This document shows positions 36,811-47,140 of a stretch of 64,000 nt of DNA, in pieces. Where the stretch lies: contig QPMI01000237.1 of the NCBI GenBank assembly GCA_004431415.1, positions 49,559 through 113,558 of the forward strand. The letters run 5' to 3'. Position 1 is the stretch's first letter. The number at the start of each line of letters is the position of its first letter. The notes under the pieces were generated by a model. It made no database searches, had not been told where the DNA came from, and worked only from the letters and a program-made list of their open reading frames with translations. The DNA is from Cyanophora paradoxa CCMP329. Lineage: Eukaryota; Plantae; Glaucophyta. The position numbers and the translations under genes were made by a program.

Positions 36811-37603
36811 TGCTCTAATTCAGATCGTAATCGCAACTCTAGATCTAATTCAGATCGTAATCGCAACTCTAGATCTAATTCGGATCGTAATCGCAACTAG
36901 TGCTCTAATTCAGATCGTAATCGCAACTCCGAGGCTCTAATTCAGATCGCAACTAATCGCCGGAAACGCACCCCCCACCAGGGCCATCACTGGCAGAATC
37001 CACGAGGAAAAAATACCAGCTTACGTCAAGATTGGCCCGGATCCTGGGAAGGCGGTGGGCGGACCGAGGCGGCCAGGACCGGCATCCGATGGCAAATCGG
37101 ATGTGACGTCGGCTGGCAAAGGGGATGTACATGTGAATCTTCCTTCGGCCCGGCCCAGCCATGGCCACGGCGGCGCCAGCGCCAGCTAGTGCCCACTGCC
37201 CAGGGCCGGGCCCGGCCCCATGGCTAGGCGCTGGGGCCGGCCTTGGACGGCGCAGAACCACTCGCCACATGATGTTATTATAATTATAAAATGCTTGACG
37301 ACTGGCACACAAACGTTGACGAGCATCAAGATGGTGGGCTGTGACTCGTATGTTTTTTGCCCACATGAACAGAGTCTGATCTTTTTGCAGACAGAAGAGC
37401 AGAAGGAAAAGTTTGATGCACCTCGATCTATACAAGAGATACCGGGTAAGATTGATGCAGAGATGATGCAGGCCCTAACTTCCTGAACCGACCTGCTCCC
37501 TAACAGGCGTACTACGGTAGATCACGCGCTGAACGAATCAGAGTTGCGATTACGATCAGAGTTGCGATTACGATCAGAGTTGCGATTACGAGAGTTGCGA
37601 GTT
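36811..37603. repeat. Two short tandem arrays of TCGTAATCGCAACTCT in inverted orientation flanking ~580 bp
   Basis: 36811-36958 (CTAATTCAGATCGTAATCGCAACT, about 5 copies) versus 37538-37603 (ATCAGAGTTGCGATTACG x3). Confidence 0.75.
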
Positions 37604-38439
37604 GTGACGAAGGTGACTGTCCGGGGCCCAGCAGACTCAGCAGCTCCTCGGCGGCCTTGGCGGCGCTTGCCCCGCCCGCCTCCGCCCCGCCCGCGCCTGG
37701 GACCGCCGCCATCTGCAGCTCGCACCTTCCTTGTAACCATCACGAGCTCAACCGGGGCTGCCCACAGCACCAGCTCGTATATACGTATCCAAGGCGCTTG
37801 TTGTAGGCAGCTCGTATGACCCGTCCGGCCGCAAGAGTGGGAGCGGCCCCCGCCCATCGGGGTGTCCCGCGCGATGCGGAGGACCTGCAGAGCATCGCCC
37901 TTGCCGGCGCGGGAAGACGCGGGGAGGCACAGAGCGTGCAAGACGCGATGGCAAGCAGACAGCAGCGCGGCAAGCGCGCGCGTCCTCAGACGGGCGTCGG
38001 AATCACCGCCGCTGCCGTCGGGCACGTCAGGGGGTGGAATCGGCCACATAGCGTTAGCTACAGCAAGCGCACCTCGAGGTCCCACTCCACGGGCTGCGCC
38101 GAAACCACCGCGGCATTCCACAGGAAGCGCCGGCATTTAACGGGCTGCTCCGAGAAAATGAGCTCATCCGACGCGTCGCTGCCCGGCGCGGGCGAGCGAG
38201 CGGGGAGGCCGGGCGCGGGCAAGAGGCCGGGACGGAGCGCGGCGAGCGCCTGGCTCCGCTGAGCGTGTCCACGCGCCCGAGCTTGATGTATTTATAGGAG
38301 AGATATTGAGGAGAGGACCATCGCCGAGAAGCCCCGGGGGGAGACAGGGTACGACTAGAGGCGAGGAGTTAGTGCCCTTCGCAAGTTTTTTTTGGTGGCA
38401 CCGTCCCCCCCCCCTAGCAAGCAGTACCCAGGTCACAAG

Positions 38440-39076
38440 ATGGTGCAGGTCTTCGTGCGTCAGGCCTCTGGCCTCGTGAAGTTCGATGTCGCTCCGGAGG
38501 ACACCATCTCCAGCCTGAAGGCCAAGCTCGGCGAGGAGTCGTTCCTGACCTACGCCGGCTGGTGCGGATCCCTGCGAATCCGCCTCTCTTCTTGCTTGCG
38601 TATGCGCTCTGCGCCTGCTGATCGCGCTCCCCCGCTAGCCCGCTCGAGGACGACTCGACTTTCGCGGAGTGCGGCATCCAGGATCTCGCCACCATCAACG
38701 CCTCGGCGGCGCTTCTTGGAGGTGCGCTGCACGCAGAGCTGTCTCAGTGATCTTAAGCTATGTCATCTAGCCCCGGAGTCTCTCAGGGCAGCGCATCTCG
38801 GCCCCTCTTTCACGACCGCCGCGTCCTCGCCCCGCCTCTCTAGACGCGCGCTAACGCGCTCGCACCTTTCTTTGCATCCTCTGCGCAGGCAAGGTCCACG
38901 GCTCGCTCGCCCGTGCCGGCAAGGTGCGCGGCCAGACGCCGAAGGTGGCCAAGGCCGAGAAGAAGAAGCGCCCGCGTGGCCGCGCCAAGCGCCGCGAGCA
39001 GTACAACCGCCGCTTTGTCAACATCGTTGTTGGCTTCGGCAAGAAGAAGGGCCCGAACACCAACATCAAGGCGTAG
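38440..39076 (+). CDS. FAU: Ubiquitin-like/40S ribosomal protein S30 (eS30) fusion
   Basis: [24 protein letters not shown]../[61 protein letters not shown]; 2 introns. Confidence 0.93.
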
Positions 39077-39300
39077 AGCCGCTCACGAGCATGCTCAGCC
39101 AGCATGAGACCTAATCGCCCGGACGCCGAAACAGCAGCTCTTAGCATAGAGTTGCTAATCTTCCGAGACCTGTGTGACCTGCTGCGAATGAAGGAGACGC
39201 GTTTCCACGTTTCGAGCTCGCCAACGGGAGCTTGCAGGGGAGAAAGAGACGGGAGCTCTGCCACGTTAATGAAGGAGACGCGTTTCCACGTTACGAGCTC

Positions 39301-40038
39301 TGTTGTGCAGGCATTTGGACACGTACTAAAAACGTTTTTAAAAGCAAGTCCGGGCTACGAGCGTGGGATGTACACTGCGGCCGCCGGGCTGCCGCAGCCA
39401 CAGGCGCCACAGGCGCCGGGCCGCCGCAGCCACAGCGCCACACAGCCATCTGCTCTAAAATATCGGCGCCTTCGTCGGCCTCTTCTTGTTCAATTTCAAC
39501 GATGGGATCCGTCCTGATGAGACGGTTTCCAGTCCTATGCCACAGTATATATATATATATACGTACAGCTTGGGATTTGGAATCGGACGCAATGATTGAG
39601 TTATTATTTCTTAAAAGATAGGATCGGTTTTTAACACCGATGCTACCAACTGCAAGCGCAAGGGCGCAATATTAATGCAGTGGTAAACTTCTAATTATAA
39701 CTTCAATTCTCTGAACCCAAGACTAACAACCCCCTACACCTTACAAGCACTAGTAGCTGGGGGCCATCACCAAAACCCCCGTCGTAAATTAAAAGAAAAC
39801 CCAACCCCTATCCAGCCTTGACACAGATGCATGTATGCGCATGCGCATGCAGATCCTGAACATATATGCGAAGTCGATATCGATATTAAATTCCGAAAGG
39901 CCCGAGAAAATGCATCTGTGCGCATACAAATAAATCTGTGGCTGCGGCGGCCCGGCGGCCGCAGTGTACATCCCACGCTCGTACCCCGGACTTGCTTTTA
40001 AAAACGTTTTTAGTACGTGTCCAAATGCTTGCACAACA
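39301..40038. mobile_element. Foldback/MITE-like element with ~100 bp terminal inverted repeats
   Basis: 39301-39402 is the reverse complement of 39936-40038 with few mismatches; ends TGTTG...CAACA; AT-rich interior; no clear TSD. Confidence 0.75.
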
Positions 40039-40041
40039 ACA

Positions 40042-40919
40042 TCATATGTGCTTTTCAATTTCCTGACAGCATTGTAAAAGCTGTTCCAAAGAGCCAGAGT
40101 TGTCCAGTTTGAAGTCTGCCAGTTGTATGACCTGTGCATCGAAGCTCAAGAGAGCTCAGGGAATTACAGCGAATGCTCAAGAAATTACAGCGAATGCACC
40201 GCCCGAACTTGCTGTCCTAGTGGATCGGGGTTTTGGAGCTCGATCTCATCGATGCGAAGGAAATCCTCCATCGTCTGTGTGTCTCCCACTCGACCCCTGA
40301 GCTTCGCGCGCTCAAATCTGAGCTAGGGAACTTCGCTCAGAGTCCAATTTAGCGCAGAAAGTCCTCGAAATTTAAAAAGCACTTCGGGCGGAGCTGAGAC
40401 GGCGACGAGCTTGAAGCAGCCCGACGATCGGAGCTCCTGTACCTCTGCAGGATGCCTGCGGCAGCCGCACAAAAGATGCATCACGCTGTTGCTTGGTCGG
40501 CGCTGGCGCGTTCCGCGCACCGGATTGAGTCTATGACGTAGTTGCGATCAGCCTGTAGCTGCGCCAAGATGCGCTGGGCGAGAACGCCGGGACCGTAGGC
40601 TGGCACGCGTATTGAGCTTAACTGCAGCACATGAGTGAGAGCGCGGCACGCACTCTTGCGCAAGTCATTTCCGACAGCGATCAAATTTGTGCGCGACTCC
40701 GAGAGCCCGCGCGCAGCGACCTCTTGCCTGAGTGAGCGAGGCAACCGAGCGTGAATATGCGGCATCACACCAGCTCGTCAGATGCGTGACCCGTTAGCAC
40801 GCGCACCGGATAGCGTCGGAGAGGCTGAGCACGGCGTAGTCCCGCTGCCGGAAGTAATCGCACACGACCGTCTTCCCGCTGCCGTTCAAGCCGCTCACGC
40901 CAACGAGAACGCGCCGCAT
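40042..40919 (-). CDS. P-loop nucleoside monophosphate/dephospho-CoA kinase-like protein (UPF0200/AAA_17-like)
   Basis: Spliced: MRRVLVGVSGLNGSGKTVVCDYF..LSLSDAIR/QEVAARGLSESRTNLIAVGNDLRK..YGPGVLAQRIL..NYVIDSIR/HPAEVQELR..VAVSAPPE/LRFERAKLRGR../VIQLADFKLDNSGSLEQL. Confidence 0.8.
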
Positions 40920-41432
40920 TTCAAATTCGGCCCGCGAACGCGCGATCCGAATGTTGATGCTCTCGGGGTACGTATATATACTCCTCTAGCCTTCTATAGC
41001 TCGCGATGAATTATTTAATTTCGAACTTCGGAATTCGAAACGGCGATTATAATATTTTCCCGGCCCAAATTCGAAGTGCATGAGCGTACGCGTCGACGCC
41101 TCTCTCCTCTTATAAATTATAGCATAGACTTGGCCGGGGCGCTCGCCTATCTGTTCCATGTGCCCCTCGCCCGCCCCCGGCCAGCGCATGGATTATCTTC
41201 CAAGTTCAAGGCTTACGGAAATAAGCTTCGATTAAAAGCTTCAAGAGCGCAATCCTACCTAATGACCTACAAAAGGAAACTCTGCCGTGCTGCATGAAAG
41301 CCCAAACAAATAAAGCCCATCAAAGTATTCCAGGCATGGCTCGAGCTGGGGGCGCAGTGAAAGAAAAAGGAAAGCCTGGAGGTGTCGCCCGATGCGTTTG
41401 TCTCGCTAGTTTCGCAGAAGGACCGGGGTCGC

Positions 41433-42745
41433 TTAGCGGCGGATGGGGGCCAGAAGCCGCTCCTCGAGCGCCACAACGGCCTCCTTCGTCAGGACGAGCT
41501 TCTCGTTGCGGAGGATGTCGTACACGTTCAGGGTCTGCGAGGGCAAGATCAATCGGCGTGCGCGACAGCGGGAATGGGACGTGCACGCACGCTGACGGGC
41601 ACAACCTTCACGTTCGGCAGGTTGCGGGCGGCGAGGTAGAAGTTGCGGTCGAGGTCCTTGTCGACGATGAGGGCCGACTCGATGTTCTGCGCCTTCAGCT
41701 TCTGGACGAGGAGCTTCGACCTGTGGCGCTCATTAGAGGCCTCCCCAGTGCCGGAAAGCTTCAGGGCACGAACTTGGGCTCCGCAAGCTTGGCCTCGTCA
41801 ATGACGACCAGGCTATCCGCGCCGAGCTTAGACGACAGCGCGACCTTGAGGGCCAGCCGCCGCTCCTGCCGGTTCATGTCGTGCGAGAAGTCACGCTCCC
41901 GCGGGCCGAACGACTTGTTGCCGCCGACGAAGATGTTCGCGCTCTTCGAGCCGTGGCGCGCGCCGCCGCTGCCCTTCTGCTTGATCGACTTCTTGCCGGT
42001 CGCAACGATCTACGGACAGCACAGTCAACTCCTCTAGCCCTCCCAGCGCAGCGCTGCGGCCCAGACAAACCTCGCTGCGGCTCTTCACCACCGCGGTGCC
42101 CGCGCGCTGCTTGGCCTGGAGCCAGCGCACAACGCGGTGCACGACGTGGCTGTTGATCGGCACGTTGAAGACCTAGGCAGGACGTGTAAGCCACAGCGCC
42201 CTCACGTCCGGAGCAAGCGCCCGAACCTTGCCCGGAGCGGTGATAGTGCCCGCAGACTGGCCATCAAGGGTGACCACCGCAACCTCGCGGTCCGGGGTCT
42301 CCGGCTTCGCGGGGGCGACGAACGCCTGCATGCGGAGCGGCGCGATGGGGGCCTCTGCCGCATCGGAGCGGTTGATCAGGAAGCTGCGGATCTAAACGGG
42401 TGCAAGAAAGATCTGCGCTAACCGGCAGAGCTCGAGGACACGACGGACACCGCATTGCCGGCGAAGAAGGCACGAGACCCCGCCGCGGCGCCAAGGAAGT
42501 TGCGGGCACGGACTGCGCGGCACAAGGACAGTGTAAGAGAATGACTCACACAGCCTCCCTCGGATCGGCATGAGGACGGTAGCGGGACGAGACCCCGACC
42601 CAAAAAATCTTCCACTGCCAGGCCACGCACCCTTCTGCGCGACCGGCTTCTCCTCCGCGATGCTGTGCACCGCAGACTTCATAGCGATCCCATTCTGTCC
42701 AACGAAGGTGCGGCCCGCGGACGCGGGGGCGAAGACGAACGCCAT
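41433..42745 (-). CDS. rpl4: Organellar 50S ribosomal protein L4 (uL4) with N-terminal transit peptide
   Basis: VHRVVRWLQAKQRAGT, KQKGSGGARHGS, GGNKSFGP, MNRQERRLAL, LAARNLPNV, LNVYDILR; presequence MAFVFAPASAGRTFVG...APLRM. Confidence 0.9.
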
Positions 42746-43099
42746 CTGCTCAGCTCCGCGTCAGTCACGACGCCTGCGGGGATCGCATTGCTGCTAACTG
42801 CAGAAGAGCAGAAGCGCCACGGCGTCTGCGTCGCGGGCGACACGATCCAGCGCACCTGAAGCAGAAGATATCCGGGGGGCACCGGCGAACTCTGGCGAAT
42901 CGATACCCCTGCTCAGCCCCTCACTTGTACCCCCGAGACTGCCAGGGCCCAAGCAACGCTAGCGCTAGTGTACACAGCCAGCGGCCGTCCGATCCAACCT
43001 AGCTCGTTTCTTCGGCTAGAGGCGCGGCCCCGCTCCCCCCAGCCCTGATCGAGTCCGCAAGCAAGCGTTCCTGAGAGCATGTCGAGCGCGGCGACGCAG

Positions 43100-44476
43100 A
43101 TGCAAGTACGGTGCGCGGTAAAGAGTGCGATCGCGGGGCATACGCGCGCCGCCGAGACCGCCACGCAGGAAGCCGAAGAACCAGCGCGCCAAGCGCGCGC
43201 TGGAGCGGCGGGCGCCCAAGCTTGTCGAGAACCCAAAGCACTCGCTCGTGCTGAAGGGGAAGCACACTTCAGGAACGATCACGCAGGTTCTGACGGATTT
43301 GGTGCGGGCACGCTGATCGATCGCGCATGACTTAGCTATCCCCGCCGCGCGGCCCTTCGGGCCGCCGCCGCAGCCTTCGCATTTCTATACTTGTCTGACA
43401 GTGCACTTGACGCGCCCGCCGCAGCACTTGCTCAAGAAACCGCACTCCATCAAGTTCTCCAGGCACAACGAGATCCTCCCGTTCGAGAACCACGCGTCGC
43501 TGGAATTCTTCGCACAGAAGAACGACTGCTCACTTTTCGCTCTCGGGACGCATTCGAAAAAGCGCCCGCATAACCTTGTCATTGGGCGTATGTTCGATTT
43601 CCACCTTCTGGACATGGTTGAGCTCGGCGTCGAGAACTTCAAGTCCATGCAAGAATTCAAGGTGCGAATAGATAGCTGAATCTTTCACGTCACGCTTGAA
43701 TGTCGGTTGCAGGCTTCGAAATCTGTCCTTGGCTCCAAACCTTGCATGGCGTTCATAGGGGAGGACTGGGATCGGACAACGAACTCTGCGAAATTGCGGA
43801 GCATACTTTTAGGTTTGCCGGCCCACGCCTGTGCATTTACGATTCCTCACTGGGCTTGCGTCCAGACTTTTTCCGAGGGCAAGAAGTTTCGTTGATCAAC
43901 CTTGCAGGACTGGATCACGTACTCGTCTTCTCCCTGGCTGCTGAGAAGGTGTACGTACGGCACTACAGGATTCTTCTCAAGAAGTCAGGAACGAAGGTTC
44001 TCACGCCCTTCACATCTTCTCGAATGTGGCTGAGGCGCCTCAGCTACCACGGGTGGAGTTGGAGGAGATCGGGCCTTCGATGGAAATCACCTCACGAAGG
44101 ACACACTTCGCTTCAGAAGATCTCTTCAAGGCTGCCTGCAGGCAGCCGAAGGCGGTCAAGCCCAAGAAGGTGAGACAGATTTCTGTGAAGGTGGAAGTGG
44201 ATCTTTATATTTAATCCGTACTCGTGTCCAGATCAAGAACATAAGCAGGAGTGAGACGGAAGGCAGGCTTGGCCGCATCCATATGAACAAGCAAGATTTC
44301 GGCAAACTGCAAACCCGGAAGATCAAGGGGCTGAAGAGGAGTCGGTCTGCCAATGGAGCTGAAGGAGATGACACTGCTCAGGAGGTCGGCGAGTCTTACT
44401 TGTTCTCCCCATTGAAATCTTATCATATTCTCAGGGCAAGCGCATCAAGGCCGATATCGAAACCGACGGACGTTGA
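43100..44476 (+). CDS. RPF2: Ribosome production factor 2 (Brix domain)
   Basis: KPKNQRAKRALERRAPKLVENPK, PFENHASLEFFAQKNDCSLF..HSKKRPHNLVIGRMFDFHLLDMVELGV, DFFRG, LAGLDHV, PRVELEEIGPS, LQTRKIKGLK; alternative start at 43079. Confidence 0.93.
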
Positions 44477-44822
44477 CGTTGTCGATGTCACCGCCATGGC
44501 CACTTCGAAATCGGAAGTGGCCAGCCAGGATGGCCAGCCACAGCTCAAGCAACAGCCCGATCTTTCGTTTGAAGACGTAGAACCCACGCCACAGTACACG
44601 AACTGAAATTTCTTTTGCAGTCAGAAGTCTTAATTTGATTTGATCATGATGTCACGCGTCGACTAGCAAATGTACGTATACGTGCGAGTCCTCGTAACTA
44701 GGACGCCTTAGCTTTGCAATTGTTGATCTGCGATTACGATTAGCTAGTGGGCTACCCATAGGAAGGTGCGGCCCTTGCCGTTGCCGGCCCGGCTGTTGCC
44801 CCCCCGAGGCCCGTAAGGGGAG

Positions 44823-46200
44823 TTACGCTCCACCCCCGCACGGCCTAGGCCGCGCGCGTGTCGTGTGCAGCATGGCGTCGTCGTTCTTGGGCAGTGGGAG
44901 TTCCTGCAGGCCCGGCGGGGCCGGGACCCGTCGGTAGCCTGCGGGGCCGAGGCGGCGCACGCGCGAAGGGGGGTCAGATCGGAATTGAAGCGCCCTGAAA
45001 TCGAAATCGAAATCGAAGGCGCGCACTCGGGGAAAGCGCGAAAGCGCGATCCCTCCCCGGTCGATTCTGCAGGGCGGCGGAAGCGCGCAGAGGGGGGTCG
45101 ACGTCAGACAGCGCACGCGAAATCGGAGGCGGGGCGGGCACCCAGGGGTTCCAATAGTTGGGGACAGGGTGGCGGCTGCAAGCAGTGGGGTGGAGGCTGC
45201 AAGCAGTGTGGTGTTGGCTGGAGTGGGTGGAGAGGACGGGATAGGTGGTGTTGCCGGGTGTGCACTTGTCGTAGCAATGGGGCTGGAAGCTGCAGTGGGT
45301 GGTTGAGTGGACGGGATAGGTGGTGTTGCCGGGTGTGCACTTGAAGCAGCAGTGGGGCTGGCGGCTGCAGTGGGTGGAGTGGACGGGATAGGTGGTGTTG
45401 CCGGGTGTGCACTTGACGTAGCAGTGGGGCTGGCGGCTGCAGTGGCTGGAGTGGACGGGATAGGTGGTGTTGCCGGGTGCGCATTTGTGGAAGCAGGGGA
45501 CGGAGACACCATGTCGCCGGGACTCAACAAGCTGCTTGTGCTGCTGCCTTGCGTTCCAGCATTCGATGCGCGACCATCCGCCGCAGGGAATCGGTCCTCC
45601 GCCTGCTGGAGCGCCTCTACGGCGCCAGTTGAGAGAACTTACAGACACAGGATAAACAGGCGCGCTTGATACGCACCGGCAGCAAATCCGGAAGCCGAGC
45701 TGAAGGGAAAAGAGGATCAGTATCCATGCTCTGTGCTTTAAGTAGGCAAGCCCACGGCACCTCGCAGCTCTGCCAGTGCGTTCTCTTGCTGTAGTATACG
45801 CTGCTGATCCTCATGTCGAAGTCGCTCCTCGTCCTCAATAAAACCTTGCTGCACGGGAGAGGGAAGACACCATTCGACCAGGCATTCAAACGAGAAAGAA
45901 AAGCTTCTACGCACAAGGAGGCCGTCGATGACGTGCCCTGGCACTCCCAGGGCGCGCGCTTCGTTGGTCGCCCGGTAGAAATCAACCAGTCTTGGACGCG
46001 GCGTGTGCCGCGCCATCGCACGCTGAGAAACACAGTCTGTGATTTCGTTCGGAAGGTGGAAAGAACCAAACGCACCAGTGTCTCTGCCGCTTGCGTGCGC
46101 GCCTGCTCAGCCGCCTGCGTGCGCGCCTGCTCATTGACCACTTCTGGCCTGGCAAGGACCCCAGCAAGATTCGAATAGAGCCATGATGATATATAAAGGA
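44823..46200 (-). CDS. Uncharacterised spliced gene or pseudogene with Pro/Thr/Ala repeat
   Basis: Exon-like pieces RLVDFYRATNEARALGVPGHVIDGLL, GFIEDEERLRHEDQQRILQQENALAELR, then HPATPPIPST repeats; ends undefined. Confidence 0.35.
45200..45490. repeat. 72-75 bp tandem repeat x4
   Basis: GGACGGGATAGGTGGTGTTGCCGGGTG at 45234, 45309, 45381 and 45453. Confidence 0.9.
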
Positions 46201-46389
46201 ACCAGTTCCACATTGAAGAGGACTTGACGAAAATCCGTTCCGGGAGGGGACCCCGCCGGGGTCGATTGCGATTGCAAGCTCACACCTCTATCTATTGCGG
46301 CATTCAGATCTCTAGAGCGGCGAGGCCGGGTGTGTATCCCAGGCACGCGAACTCCAAGGTACCCCCCCACATCTGGGAATTAGCGCGCT

Positions 46390-47122
46390 GTCTTGCGACG
46401 TCTTGCAATTGCGAAAATCACAATCGCTGTGAAAAACGCAAGTCTGACAGTGCGGGTTGCAAGTGTGGGATGTACACTTTGTTTTAAAGGGCTTGAAACC
46501 AAAGCACAACACCACCTAAGTTGCAACGTCTTGGCTACAAGTTAAGTGAGGAATCACAATCGCTAGCGCTGTAATCATCCGGCCTAGCTCAGACTGTACC
46601 TTATATAATATTTTGATTAGTACTCTTCGTCTTCGAATCATTGAATTCGAATTCTAAATCTATATATAGCTAGCCGCAGTACTTCGTCTTCGAATCATTG
46701 AATTCGAATTCTAGATCTAGCCGCAGTACTAGTGCGTGCTACGATTAAGAGAGATAAGCTTAAGAATTACGATCACGATCAGCTAGATTGGTATAGACAA
46801 GAATTCAATGATTACGACCACAAGGGACATACTGCCAGGTGCGATTACGATCACCTAGAACACAGGCCCAACAGCGGAGATTGATTACGATTACGATTAG
46901 AGATTGGAGCTTAAGGGTTGGGCGCACGGACTTTGATTACGATTACGATTTGAGATTCGAATTCGAGCTTAAGGGTTGGGCGCACGGGCTGTGATTGAGA
47001 TTGAGGGTTTGAGGGCTTGATCCCAATGGGGGTTAACGTTGGGTGTCGCTTTGATTTTTTTGATTTGATTGCAACGTCTTGCAATTGCGGAAATCACAAT
47101 CGCTGTGAAAAACGCAAGTGGG
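46390..47122. repeat. Subtelomeric patchwork of short direct repeats
   Basis: ~50 bp CGTCTTGCAATTGCG.AAATCACAATCGCTGTGAAAAACGCAAGT at ~46398 and ~47074; CTTCGTCTTCGAATCATTGAATTCGAATTCTA x2; GAGCTTAAGGGTTGGGCGCACGG x2; GATTAC runs. Confidence 0.75.
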
Positions 47123-47140
47123 AAAGGTCCGGGCTACAAG

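Noticed and set aside
37512-38270. Gene on the minus strand upstream of FAU
   Set aside because: Protein-like pieces exist, but I could not establish a coherent exon chain or homology
38722-38889. snoRNA in the longer second intron of the S30 gene
   Set aside because: No convincing C/D or H/ACA boxes with terminal stems seen
46900-47040. Interstitial telomere relic (TTAAGGGTTGGG, TTGAGGG)
   Set aside because: Only a few degenerate units; too weak to support
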